Assembly: GCA_951406725.2 (NCBI GenBank)
Contig: OX597820.1
Location: forward strand, 21,948,001 to 22,012,000
DNA from: Octopus vulgaris
Taxonomy: Eukaryota
Length of the DNA stretch: 64,000 bases
Direction of reading: 5' to 3'
The notes beneath the pieces are model-generated. The model made no database searches, was not told where the DNA came from, and worked only from the letters and a program-made list of their open reading frames with translations. The position numbers were made by a program, and so were the translations under genes. This document shows, piece by piece, positions 1-12,135 of the stretch; the first letter of the stretch is position 1, and the number at the start of each line of letters is the position of its first letter.

Positions 1-442
1 TACGCAACCGCTGAGCCTGGATGCGCATTCATCCATCTGTCGATGCTCTCGGTGTCGGGGGTTGACCTGCTGTTTCTTCTGCGGGTCTTACGAATAGCAA
101 AGGACCACGTTTCGGACTTCTCCCACTAAAGACAATCCTGAGGCGCGATCTTGCGAGCTCTGGGACGAAGACCGCTTCGCTCAACAAACAAACAAACAAA
201 CAAAAAAACACCTTCAACATCACCAATGAAAACAGTTGTAAGAAATCAAATGTAAATAAAGAAACATAAGGAAAATATATTATAAATACTGTTTATTTCA
301 AATATGTATATTCACGTAACAGCTTCTTTCTTTATAAGGCATAGGCATTTGCTCCCCAGCTTTATTTTATAAACAACATCTGAGATATAAAATGGAGAAT
401 TTTATAATTTTATATATTCAAATATGTTACTGCTAAGCTATC

Positions 443-643
443 TTTTACTTGCTTCATTTGACTGCGGCCGTGCTGGAGCAATGCCTTTAGTCGAACAAAT
501 CGGCCCCTGTACTTATTCTTTGTAAGCCTAGTACTTATTTTATCAGTTTCTTTTTGCGGAACCGCTAAGTTACGGGGACCTAAACACACCAACATCAGTT
601 GTCAAGCGATGGTAGGCGGGCAAACAGACATAAGTAACAAATG

Positions 644-700
<57 letters not shown>

Positions 701-855
701 TTATGTACGACGGGCTTCTTTCAGTTTCCGTCTACTAAATCCACTCACAAGGCTTTGGTCGGTCCGAAGTGCCCAAAGTGCCACGCAGTGGGACTGAACC
801 CGGAACCTTGTGGTTAAGGAGCAATCTTCTTACCACACAGCCATTCCAGCACCTA
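443..855 (-). mobile_element. tRNA-derived SINE, family A (internal microsatellite)
   Basis: Reverse complement of the repeated unit GGCTGTGTGGTAAG...GGTTCAGTCCC (A/B-box-like head)...GAAAGAAGCCCGTCG-(TA/CA)n-...GCTCCAGCATGGCCGCAGTCAAATGACTGAAAC, seen >12 times in the window. Confidence 0.85.
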
Positions 856-1826
856 TTATTTTAGTAACTGTTGAAATTATAATTTTATATATAGGCACAA
901 GACCAGAAATGTGGTGGGAAAGGGTTATTCGATTAAATCGATCCAATAATTGATTGGTACTTGGAATGAGATACCAAAATGTACAACTGACCTCGGTAGA
1001 ATTTGAACTTGGAATGTAAAGAACCGGTTACAAATACTGCAAAGTACTTTGTCTGATGGTCTCACGATTCTGCTGGAATAATTGTTTCTAACACAGGCGC
1101 AAGATCAGCTGTTTTAAAAGGAAGTGGGGGTTGTCAATTAGATCGACCCCTTCACTTGACGGGTACATCATTTTATTGACCCGGAAAGGATGACCTCGGC
1201 GGGTTTTTGAGTTGAGGGGGTAAACACCGCAAGGCATTTTGCCCGACACTATGGCCAGTGATGATTTGAATCAAGAAGCATTTCAGGCGAATTAACCACT
1301 GTAAACAAGTGCCCGTCATATGTGTCACGCAGAATCCCTCAATGTGGTCATTCGATCAGCTAAAAATGACAGCCAAATCTCCTCTAAATCATATCCTACC
1401 ACCTCAAAAAAGGCAGGAAGGAAACATATGTGTAAAGGATAAAATAGTCTTGAATACATTAGCATGAAAGAGAAAAAAAAAAACAGAATGATCAAAGATT
1501 AGACGCTTTTGATTACATGCTCATCCAATCAGTACTGACCAGGGCCTAAATGTATTTGTGAGGAGATTAGTCGATACCATCGACCTCAGGGCTCGAATGG
1601 TACTTTATATTTTAGTGACCCCAGAAGAATGGAAGGCAAAGTTGAATTTGAACTCAGAATGGAATGAGTCGGAATACCGCTTGGTATTTTGGCCCACACT
1701 ATAACGATTCTGACAAGACTCTGCCTTTGACCAAGGGCTAAATAACCACAATATGTATTCAAATGAAACAAGGAAACTGCCGAAATATATAATATGGGAC
1801 AGTAACGATTGGAATACTGTTCATTG

Positions 1827-2099
1827 GGTTCTACTTGAGAACAGTGGTCCCAGTGCGCGCACTCGCGTAGTCGCGCATCCGCACTACCTAGTCATGACTA
1901 GTCGATCCTTACTTTGTGTTTTTGTATTTTATTTACTTTGTTTAAAAAAAATTATTTACTTTGTGTATAAAAATTATTTATTTTGTGTTTTATTTACTTT
2001 GCTAGGTAGTCGTTGTAGGATCGACTAGTCACGACTAGCTAGCGCGGATGCGCAACTACGCGAGTGCGCGCACCGGGACCACTGTTCTCAAGTAGTACC
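1827..2099. mobile_element. Merlin-like MITE
   Basis: ~85-bp TIRs GGT(T/A)CTACTTGAGAACAGTGGTCCC...; exact 8-bp TSD GTTCATTG at 1819-1826 and 2100-2107; GG-initiated TIRs with 8-bp TSD fit the Merlin superfamily. Confidence 0.8.
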
Positions 2100-2789
2100 G
2101 TTCATTGTTGATCTAATCCATCAGGGTAGCTTTGGATTAAACAACAACATATAGTCGTCAAATTATTAGGAAATGAATCCAAGGAACGAATATTGATTAT
2201 TTTGATAAGGCAGATTTATAACACAGATTTATAGAAAAGAAATTAAGTTGTGTGATATTTGTGTCTCTTTTTCTTTTTTTATGCCTTGTTGCAGGAACAC
2301 ACACCTTGGGAATGCGAAATAAATATAACCAATATGTCTAACAACATATATCACAAAATTATTTGATTATTATAACAAAAAGGTTTTACAGTTTTATAAA
2401 TTATGACATCGGATTTATATTCTGATTTCAATTTCATCACACGAACTCACATAAAGAATCTTGTAAACCAAATCCAAAAACGAAATATAAATATTTCTCT
2501 TTGCAAACAGAAAATATTGTTCAAAATGTGATCTCGTGACAAACTTAGAAAAATTAGGCTGATATCATATGATGTATATTGTTTTGATTATGCATGCTTG
2601 ATAAATATTGTTTGATTTATTCAACATTTACACAAGATGTCTCTGTTGTGTATGCTATATGTAATATCTTGTTCGTGAGTATACAAAATGTCTGTAACTG
2701 ATATATATGGTTTGTCCTTTCCTTCTTTCTCACAGCAACGCGATATATTTTCATTTATACCGAATTCATTTCAAATTTGTGTATATATT

Positions 2790-2932
2790 TATTTCCTTAT
2801 TGCCCACAGAGGGCTAAAAATAGAGGGGAAACAAACAAGGACAGACAAAGGGTCTAAGTCGATTACATCGACCCCCCAGTGCGGAACTGGTACTTTATTT
2901 ATCGTGCTAACGATTCTGCCAGCTCGCCGCCC
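2790..2932 (-). mobile_element. SINE family B, internally deleted copy
   Basis: Head GGCGGCGAGCTGGCAGAATCGTTAGC joined to the tail ...TTTAGCCCTCTGTGGGCAATAAGGAAATA on the minus strand. Confidence 0.75.
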
Positions 2933-2939
2933 TAAATTA

Positions 2940-3061
<122 letters not shown>

Positions 3062-3466
3062 GCGTGTGTGTGTATTAATAAATAAACATTTATGCACAAC
3101 AGCGTGTAGTAGAAAAACCTAATATAAATTTAAAGAAATTTAAACTACAGTTTTTCCAAAGCCTTCCACTGTAGAACCTTAAACACATATAAATAAATAC
3201 ATCTTCGCAAATACCAAATATATTTTAGGCATGTCACAAATCAATAATAATCACCAAATGGTTGCAAAAATGTCCACCTGGTTCCGTAGCTTAATTTGTC
3301 AGAACGGCCGTGCGTAGTAAACCGATGGGTGCATATACTCTAAAGAGTCTATGTTGCATTTTGATAGGATCGAAGCATTTTGACCATATCATTTCAGAGA
3401 TCTTTAGGAAGGTAAAACAATTTTCAGTAAAGGATATCACAATTGTAACTGGTAAATGATTCTCAC

Positions 3467-3861
3467 TTTGTGTAATTTATCATTGTTTGAAATTGTACCT
3501 TTATAAACACGCGCAATTTGCATTTTTTCAGCAGATTTCGTTGAGTGATCTTCTGAGTGAAATTGCCTCATCATGTTTGGTGTAAAGTCCGTTGTCTGGT
3601 ATTTGTCTTGTTCTGCAGGAATATTGTTTCTGCGGCGTATGGAGGAAATAGTAGAATCCGATTCAGAAATGTTTGAAGTATTAGTACAATCTTTTTGTGT
3701 TGCTTCTGCTTTATCCGTGTTCGCGGTTGGTGTTTGTGCTGATCGAGACATCTCTGCATTTCTTACTTTTTCCAGCTTTCGGCGACAACTGCTGCATTTC
3801 CTGGTTAATGGTAAAGGGAAATCGTTGTCTTCATCGATGTCAATAATCTGACGGAAACACG
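3467..3861 (-). CDS. Candidate host-gene exon, product unknown (S/T/N-rich, probably disordered)
   Basis: Non-repetitive open frame (ORF 3437-3901) bounded by acceptor TTATTTGTTTTACTGTTTTACAG| and donor AAA|GTGAGA; no recognisable domain. Confidence 0.45.
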
Positions 3862-4414
3862 CTGTAAAACAGTAAAACAAATAACTAGAGACACAGCACA
3901 TACTGCAACGGCAACAAAAGCGTTATATTCTCACTTCGATAGTCGGACAGGGTAGTTGGTCAGCTGACCTCTCTGGCTAGCAGTCACACCTAAGTGATAA
4001 CCACACAGCTCTGACCAATGTTAATAAGTACGTACATTGGTCAAGGTGACTGCTGATTGGTTGTCCCGAGCAAGTTAAACGAAATCGTTTCAATTCACTA
4101 TAGATGCTGAACAGTAGGCAACCTACGCTCTAATTTCTAAACCTGTTTCATATATGACAAAAGACATTCCGTAGAAAGTGTATGGTATCTGAACATAGTT
4201 GAAATAACATAGCTATCTTTAGAAGCCCCAGGAGGGGCAACTTAAAAGTATTTATGTTTAGACATTTAGCTGAAACAAACAAAAAATGCAAATTATTTTT
4301 TCTTTTTTTAGTTATTAATATCATACGGTTAATTATTTTTATTATTCCGTAGTAATTACAAATAGGTAAGGTCTACAAATATTGGTTTTAAAACTGTAGT
4401 TGGTTCGGTTAGAC

Positions 4415-4592
4415 CAGTGCCCCGCAACCTTTTTTCCCTTGCGGTACACTTATATTTTTTTTTTTAATTCGGTGGCACACCTGAACTCAAAATATAACTA
4501 AAAGTATAGGGGAAAAAATTGTACATTGCGGCACATCCAGCATCGTCTCATGACACACCAGTGTGCTGTGGCACACCGGTTGTAGAGCACTG
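4415..4592. mobile_element. hAT (Charlie/Buster-like) MITE
   Basis: TIRs CAGTGCCCCGCAACC / GGTTGTAGAGCACTG; TSD GGTTAGAC vs GGCTAGAC (7/8); internal G(C/T)GGCACAC motifs. Confidence 0.75.
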
Positions 4593-5227
4593 GGCTAGAC
4601 AATGATTTTTTTTTTTTCGTTTTTACTATGAAACAATGTAGTGATCAAAAAAACAATTATAAAATTTCTCTTTCTTCATTTTCAACCAAAAAGTTTTAAA
4701 TCTAAATTATATGTATAACCGCAGATGCTGGCACAAATTTATCCAATTATAACTTATAATTTCTAAATAAAACTCTCATTCATTGTACAAATAAATATTC
4801 TGAAAAATTCAACCACCATAAGGCGTCGACAACATTAGCTGTTACACTTATCTTACCTGTCAGGTGGAAGCTTATATCGTTGACTGCCCAGAAATTGTCA
4901 TATTAAAATAATTATTAATATATATCTCTATATTAGGCAGCGAAAGCGATGAATTGATAGAATCTTTAGGATGCCGGATAAAATGCTAAATGACACTTCG
5001 TCCGTCTTTACGTTCTCTGTTTAAATTCCACCAAGGTTGACTTTACCTTTCATCCTTTTGGGGTCGATAAAATAAGTACTAGTTGAGCACTGGGGTCGAT
5101 GCAAGCACTGTGCCAAAATTTGAAGCCAATATATATCGATATATCGGTTACCGCGCCGGACGAAATGCTCAGTGGCATTTCTTCCGGCTTAACTATATCT
5201 ATATTTACCTAAAAATACGAAATTTAT

Positions 5228-5570
5228 GAGTGGCTGTGTGGTAAGTAACTTGCTTACCAATCACATGGTTCCGGGTTCAGTCCCACTGCATGGCACCTTG
5301 GGCAAGTGTCTTCTACTATAGCCTCGGGCCGTCCAAAGCCTTGTGAGTGGATTTGGTAGACGGAAACTGAAAGAAGCCCGTTGTATATATGTATATATAT
5401 GTGTGTGTATGTGTGTGTGTGTGTGTGTTTGTTCCCCCAACATCGATTGACAACCGATGCTGGTGTGTTTACGTCCCCGTAACTTAGCGGTTCAGCAAAA
5501 GAGACCGATAGAATAAGTACTAGGCTTACATAGAATAAGTCCTGGGGTCGATTTGCTCTACTAAAGGCGG
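5228..5570 (+). mobile_element. SINE family A
   Basis: Full head and body, tail truncated at CTAAAGGCGG. Confidence 0.85.
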
Positions 5571-5775
5571 GGAGTTTCTGAAGGACTTTTATAATTTGAG
5601 CATCTCTAAAGTTGATATATCATTAAGAAAACGGATATGTTCATGTCTGTTGATAAGAGGACGGTGATGGTCACGTTTCTGCCTCAATAAGCGTCAGCAG
5701 TACGACAATTATCCTAACATTTCTCCAATACTCTTGGAATAGAGATATACATATAAAGCATAGAAGACATTTATG

Positions 5776-6633
5776 GGTATTTTCTGGTTATCTCACCCCA
5801 TCAAAAAATTGGATTATCTCCCCCCACCCCGTTTTATGAGAAATATTGGTACATTTGGCTATATCCCTCAACTAAAAACATTGTTTAATCCTCAATAAAA
5901 GAAAAAAATGGAAAAATTAATGAACATGAACTGGCTGTGTGGTAAGTAGCTTGCTAACCAACCACATGGTTCCGGGTTCAGTCCCACTGCGCGGCACCTT
6001 GGGCAAGTGTCTTCTGCTATAGCCCCGGGCCGACCAATGTTTTGTGAGTGGATTTGGTAGACGGAAACTGAAAGAAGCCCGTCGTATATATGTATATATA
6101 TATGTGTGTGCGTGTATGTTTGTGTGTCTGTGTTTGCCCCCCTAGCATTGCTTGACAACCGATGCTGGTGTGTTTACGTCCCCGTTACTTAGCGGTTCGG
6201 CAAAAAGAGACCGATAGAATAAGTACTGGGCTTACAAAAAGAATAAGTCCCGAGGTCGAGTTGCTCGATTAAAGGCGCGGAGCTCCAGCATGGCCGCAGT
6301 CAAATGACTGAAACAAGTAAAAGAGTAAAAAAAAAGAGTAAAGAGTGAAAAGATGAAACATCTTATTGAATCTTATATTTTTATAGCAAATCATACAAAA
6401 CTGAAAAAATTAATAAACACGAAAACTGAAAAAAATTAAACATTTTATTGAATCTGATAATATTTTTATAACAAAGATACGATGTCTATTGAGGAGGTCA
6501 AAAGTCAACTATGAGGATCTAACTCTTTTAGTTTAATTTCTTGTCGCCACATAAAATCAATTTTTTGATGGGGAGATAACCCAATTTTTTTATGGCAATT
6601 TTTTTAATGGGGGTGAGATAACCAACAAGTACC
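5776..6633. mobile_element. Merlin-like non-autonomous DNA transposon with a nested SINE A (~5930-6345)
   Basis: TIRs GGTATTTTCTGGTTATCTCACCCCA / TGGGGGTGAGATAACCAACAAGTACC; exact 8-bp TSD CATTTATG at 5768-5775 and 6634-6641. Confidence 0.8.
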
Positions 6634-6796
6634 CATTTATGATCTGAGTAATTTGCATAATTTAAACACGAATGAGCTAAGAGAAATAACTCAGAGTAGC
6701 CAGTAGCATGTATTTGAACAACTTAGACAAATACAAATGTATCAAATATCACACAACATAAATTCTTGTTTATTAAATTTGTTACCGTCTCTAATA

Positions 6797-7400
<604 letters not shown>

Positions 7401-7622
7401 GATAAAATGAAGGCATTTCAGTTTGGAAGCTTCGAGGAAGCTATAACTTGATGCACAAGCACTCAGCTGTGAATCACTACATCCTGTAGCAGAAACAGCT
7501 GTAAGCTAATGAGGTTCATTGCATAATTTCTTGTTCTTTTGTCATTATTTATTTTTTTATATACAGATACACATACATAATACACACACACACAAACACG
7601 CACATACGCATATATATAAATA

Positions 7623-7653
<31 letters not shown>

Positions 7654-7654
7654 T

Positions 7655-7909
7655 CTCTTACTTGTTTCAGTCATTTGACTGTGGCCATGCTGGAGCACCG
7701 CATTTAGTCGAGCAAATCGACCCCAGGACTTATTCTTTGTAAGTCTAGTACTTATTCTATCGTCTCGATGGCTGAATCGCTAAGTTACGGGGAAGTAAAC
7801 ACACCAGCATCGGTTGTCAAACGATGTTGGATGGACAAACACAGACACACAAACATATATATACACACACACATACATACATGCATGCATACATACATAC
7901 ATACATACA

Positions 7910-7997
<88 letters not shown>

Positions 7998-8160
7998 GAA
8001 ATGAGGTAATCAGAAGATCGGATGGTACATGTTTATAGATATTTATTTATATATTACATTTTTTACATATATATATCATATCATTCAGATCATATCATTC
8101 GATCATATCATTCAGATTATTAGCGCTTTCTCCCATTCCAGTGGGGTTTTCAAATCAAAT

Positions 8161-8216
<56 letters not shown>

Positions 8217-8234
8217 CATACATACATACATACA

Positions 8235-8266
<32 letters not shown>

Positions 8267-8335
8267 CATATATACGACGGGCTTCTTTCAGTTTCCGTCT
8301 ACCAAATCCACTCACAAGGCTTTGATCGGCCCGAG
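7655..8335 (-). mobile_element. SINE family A with expanded and interrupted internal microsatellite
   Basis: Tail at 7655-7850 and body at 8272-8335 separated by (TACA)n/(TA)n and ~170 bp of other sequence. Confidence 0.7.
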
Positions 8336-8687
8336 GAAGGATAAGATCGTTATTTAAAATACCGCTCATATCAAGTGGCTAGCATAGGATTACCATATAG
8401 GTAATAATTATTATTAAAATTATAATGAAGGGTATCTTTTCTCCTGGTGCTGTATGAATACATGATGTTGTTTTAGAGTCAAGTTTTGACTGCTATCTCT
8501 AGCATGGTGGTATTCCGCCGAGGTCGACTTTGCCTTTCATCCTTTCGGGGTCGATAAATTAAGTACCAGTTACGCACTGGGGTCGATGTCTGTCGATGTC
8601 TGTCCTTGTTTGTCCCCTCTGTGTGTAGCCCCTTGTGGGTAATAAAGAAATAGGTATTTTTTTAGATAGCCTTAATTATCATTTTAA

Positions 8688-9003
8688 TGTGTGTGTGTGA
8701 GTGTGTGTGTGTGTGTGTGTGTGAGTGTATGTGTGTGCGTGTGTGCGTGTGTGTGTGTGTGTGCGTGTGTGTGTGTGTATCTGTGTGTGTGTTTGTGTGT
8801 GTGTGTGTGTGCGTGTGTGTGTGTGTGTGTATCTGTGTGTGTGTGTGTTTGTGTGCGTGTGTGTGTGTATGTGTGTGTGCGCGTGTGTTTGTGTGTGTGT
8901 GTGTGTGTGTTTGTGTGTGTGTGTGCGTGTGTGTGTGTATGTGTGTGTGTGTGCGTGTGTGTGTATGTGTGTGTGCGTGTGTCTGTGTGCGTGTGTATGA
9001 GTG
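8688..9003. repeat. Imperfect (TG)n microsatellite
   Basis: Directly visible. Confidence 0.95.
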
Positions 9004-9446
9004 TTACTTCACACATTTTTTTTTTTTCGTTTCTTTCTTTTCACATATCAGTTCATTTATAGATTCTGTGAGCTCAAACTGAACAAAGACTAAATCATTT
9101 AACTTCGCGAAATTTACTTCTTTTTCCTTTGTAAACCCCCTAGCTCCGAGTCTCGTCGTTTATCCCAATAATTGTTTAACGCCTCAGCGGGCTATTCAAC
9201 AACTAATAACAATAGCAGCTTCAGAAAGCACCCTTGTTTGCAAATTTAAAATTACTTTCGAATTTTCCCACCGCTTGCTGACCTGACAACATGGTCACCG
9301 CCGTCACTGTAAACTAAAACTCCCCCTCTATCATCACCCCCGTCCCATCAGTTACGCTCGCTCGCTTCTCAGTGTAGTCGTGTGGCTGTCAACCTCTCCC
9401 TCTCGTGTCTCATTACTCTCGCCCGAGCCAACGAAGGGTCATATAT

Positions 9447-9677
9447 GCGGCGAGCTGGCAGAAACGTTAGCACGCCGGGCGAAATGCGTAGCCGTATTTC
9501 GTCTGCCGTTACGTTCTGAGTTCAAATTCCGCCGAGGTCGACTTTGCCTTTCATCCTTTCGGGGTCGATTAAATAAGTACCAGTTACGCACTGGGGTCGA
9601 TATAATCGACTTAATCCGTTTGTCTGTCCTTGTTTGTCCCCCTCTGTGTTTAGCCCCTTGTGGGTAATAAAGAAATA
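9447..9677 (+). mobile_element. SINE family B, full length
   Basis: A-box-like TGGCAGAAACGTT, B-box-like GAGTTCAAATTCC, central GCCTTTCATCCTTTCGGGGTCGA...AAGTACCAG (resembles the Meta-SINE domain, from memory), tail AATAAAGAAATA. Confidence 0.85.
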
Positions 9678-9728
9678 CATATATAAAGGTCTCTAGGACT
9701 GCTAAAAATAGCAGACAAATTTTCGCTC

Positions 9729-10600
9729 GGATCTTTTCAATTCTGAAGCCAGGACCACAGATCTTTCTACTTAATTAAATATTCTGAAACTTCTAGCAAA
9801 ACAAGACACAGGTTGGAACTAGTTTATTTGAGAAAAATCTATTTTATGACTTTAATCGTAGATTAAAACTGCGAATTTTAACCAATCAGATTGTTTGTTT
9901 TCATGTGTAAAACTTGACTGCATTCTATTAGTGTGACGTAGAAAGCGCTTTTGTGACGTACTAACGTTCGGAAAACTGTAAACAAACACAGAACGTAACG
10001 GCAGACGAAATACGGCTACGCATTTCGCCCGGCGTGCTAACGTTTCTGCCAGCTCTTTGCTTTTTTAATATTAAATTTCTTGCCTTTTGCACAAATAAAT
10101 ACAATAAGTGAAATGAAACGCATTAGCTTAGAAACGAAATCTTGTTAGAAGCCTCGTCACTGAGATGCCACTTCTTAATAGCAAACGAAAGCAAGTACTA
10201 ACAGAATGGAAACATTTTCAATTTAATACATGTGGCTTATTAACTAGTTTTAAATATTGTTATTAGAAGGTGGCTGACTATAGGATCCTGGAAACATGAG
10301 TACGTTAAATAATTAGAAGGAGATTTCACGGAGACATGCGGCTTGTTTACATTTAAGATGTTTAATACGTCACCAAATTGGTGGTCGAGACGGAGTAAAT
10401 AAAATAAAGCCGAATGACGGAATATCATTGGTTAAAATTCTAATTATTAAACAACGTTAAACTTAGAAGTTACAATTCCGTTTTCATTCTGGTTTACAAT
10501 TAAGTTTACTTTTGACACATTCTACCAGTATACGAAGTTTCAAATTGTTTGGTTCAGTAGGAAAAATTTGAAAAAACTGGCTTCAGAATTGAAAAGATCC
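9729..10600. mobile_element. GG-TIR MITE (Merlin-like) with 8-bp TSD
   Basis: Perfect 24-bp TIR GGATCTTTTCAATTCTGAAGCCAG; TSD TTTCGCTC/TTTCGCTT; empty site preserved in the duplicated flank at ~10965. Confidence 0.8.
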
Positions 10601-10678
10601 TTTCGCTTTAATGGTGGTTGGTGGTGGATCACCGTTGTTCGAGCGGAGGTTTCAATCAGCCAATCAAATGAATAATCA

Positions 10679-11625
10679 AGGCGGCGAGCTGGCAGAAACG
10701 TTAGCAGGCCGGGCGAAATGCGTAGCCGTATTTCGTCTGCCGTTACGTTCTGAGTTCAAATTCCGCCGAGGTCGACTTTGCCTTTCATCCTTTCGGGGTC
10801 GATAAATTAAGTACCAGTTACGCACTGGGGTCGATATAATCGACTTAATCCGTTTGTCTGTCCTTGTTTGTCCTCTCTGAGTTTAGCCCCTTGTGGGTAG
10901 TAAAAAAAATATATATATATATGTATATAAAGGTCTCTAGGACTGCTAAAAATAGCAGACAAATTTTCGTTCTAATGGTGGTTGGTGGTGGATCACCGTT
11001 GTTCGAGCGGAGGTTTCAATCAGTCAATTAAATGGATAATCAAGGCAACGAGCTGACTGAAACGTTAGCACGCCGGGCGAAATGCTTTGCGGAATTTCGC
11101 CTGTCTTTACGATCTGAGTTCAAATTCTGCCGAGGTCGACTTTGCCTTTCATCCTCTCTGGGTCGATAAATTAAGTACCACTTACGCACTGAGGTCGATG
11201 TAATTGACTTAATCCGTTTGTCTGTCCTTGTTTGTCCCCTCTATGTTTAGTCCCTTGTGAGTAATAAAGAAACAGGTATTTCGTCTGCCGCTACGTTCTG
11301 AGTTCAAATTCGGCCGAGGTCGACTTTGCCTTTCATCCTTTCGGGGTCGATTAAATAAGTACCAGTTACGCACTGGGGTTGATATAATCGACTTAATCCG
11401 TTTGTCTGTCCTTGTTTGTCCCCTCTGTGTGTAGCCCTTTGTAGGCAATAAAGAAATAGAAATTTAGCCTGTCTTTACGTTCTGAGTTCAAATTCCGCCG
11501 AGGTCGACGTTGCCTTTCATCCTTTCGGGGTCGATTAGTTAAGTACCATTTGCGTACTGGAGTCGATTTAATCGCCTGGCCCCTCCCCCAAAATTTCGGG
11601 CCTTGTGCTTAGAGTAGAAAAGAAT
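10679..11625 (+). mobile_element. Cluster of SINE B copies (single copy plus tandem trimer)
   Basis: Copies start at 10679, 11043, ~11275 and ~11460; the last has an alternative tail CCCCAAAATTTCGGGCCTTGTG. Confidence 0.85.
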
Positions 11626-11745
11626 CAACTGAATAATCTGCTCCTAAATTAACGTAAAAGTGGCCGAGTATTCCACAGACATGTATACCAATAAACTAAT
11701 TCTCACTCAGAATCAGCATGACACAAGTGTGTGCCGAGGCTGTAG

Positions 11746-11777
<32 letters not shown>

Positions 11778-11778
<1 letters not shown>

Positions 11779-11936
11779 ATCACCTTGACCGACCAGTCCG
11801 TCGGGCGTCCATTTGATACCGCTGGTCACAGCATGCTGTCCACTCCTCTCTGGATCGCGCCTTTCTCATCCACGTGATCCCATTCGCCCTCCTGAAATCG
11901 TAGCTCCACCTTCGTGGAGGCCTTTCCGAGTGGTCA
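11778..11936 (-). mobile_element. RTE-clade LINE 3' fragment in (TA)n
   Basis: Minus strand encodes a PPRRWSYDFRRANGITWMRKARSREEW motif resembling RTE ORF C-termini. Confidence 0.6.
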
Positions 11937-12135
11937 TATATATATATATATTGTCAAGTGATGTTGGGGGAGACAAACACAGACACACAAACACACACAT
12001 ACATATATACGACGGGCTTCTTTCAGTTTCCGTCTACCAAATCCACTCACAAGGCTTTGGTCGGCCCGAGGCTATAGTAGAAGACACTTGCCCAAGGTGC
12101 CACGCAGTGGGACAGAACCTGGAACCATGTGGTTG

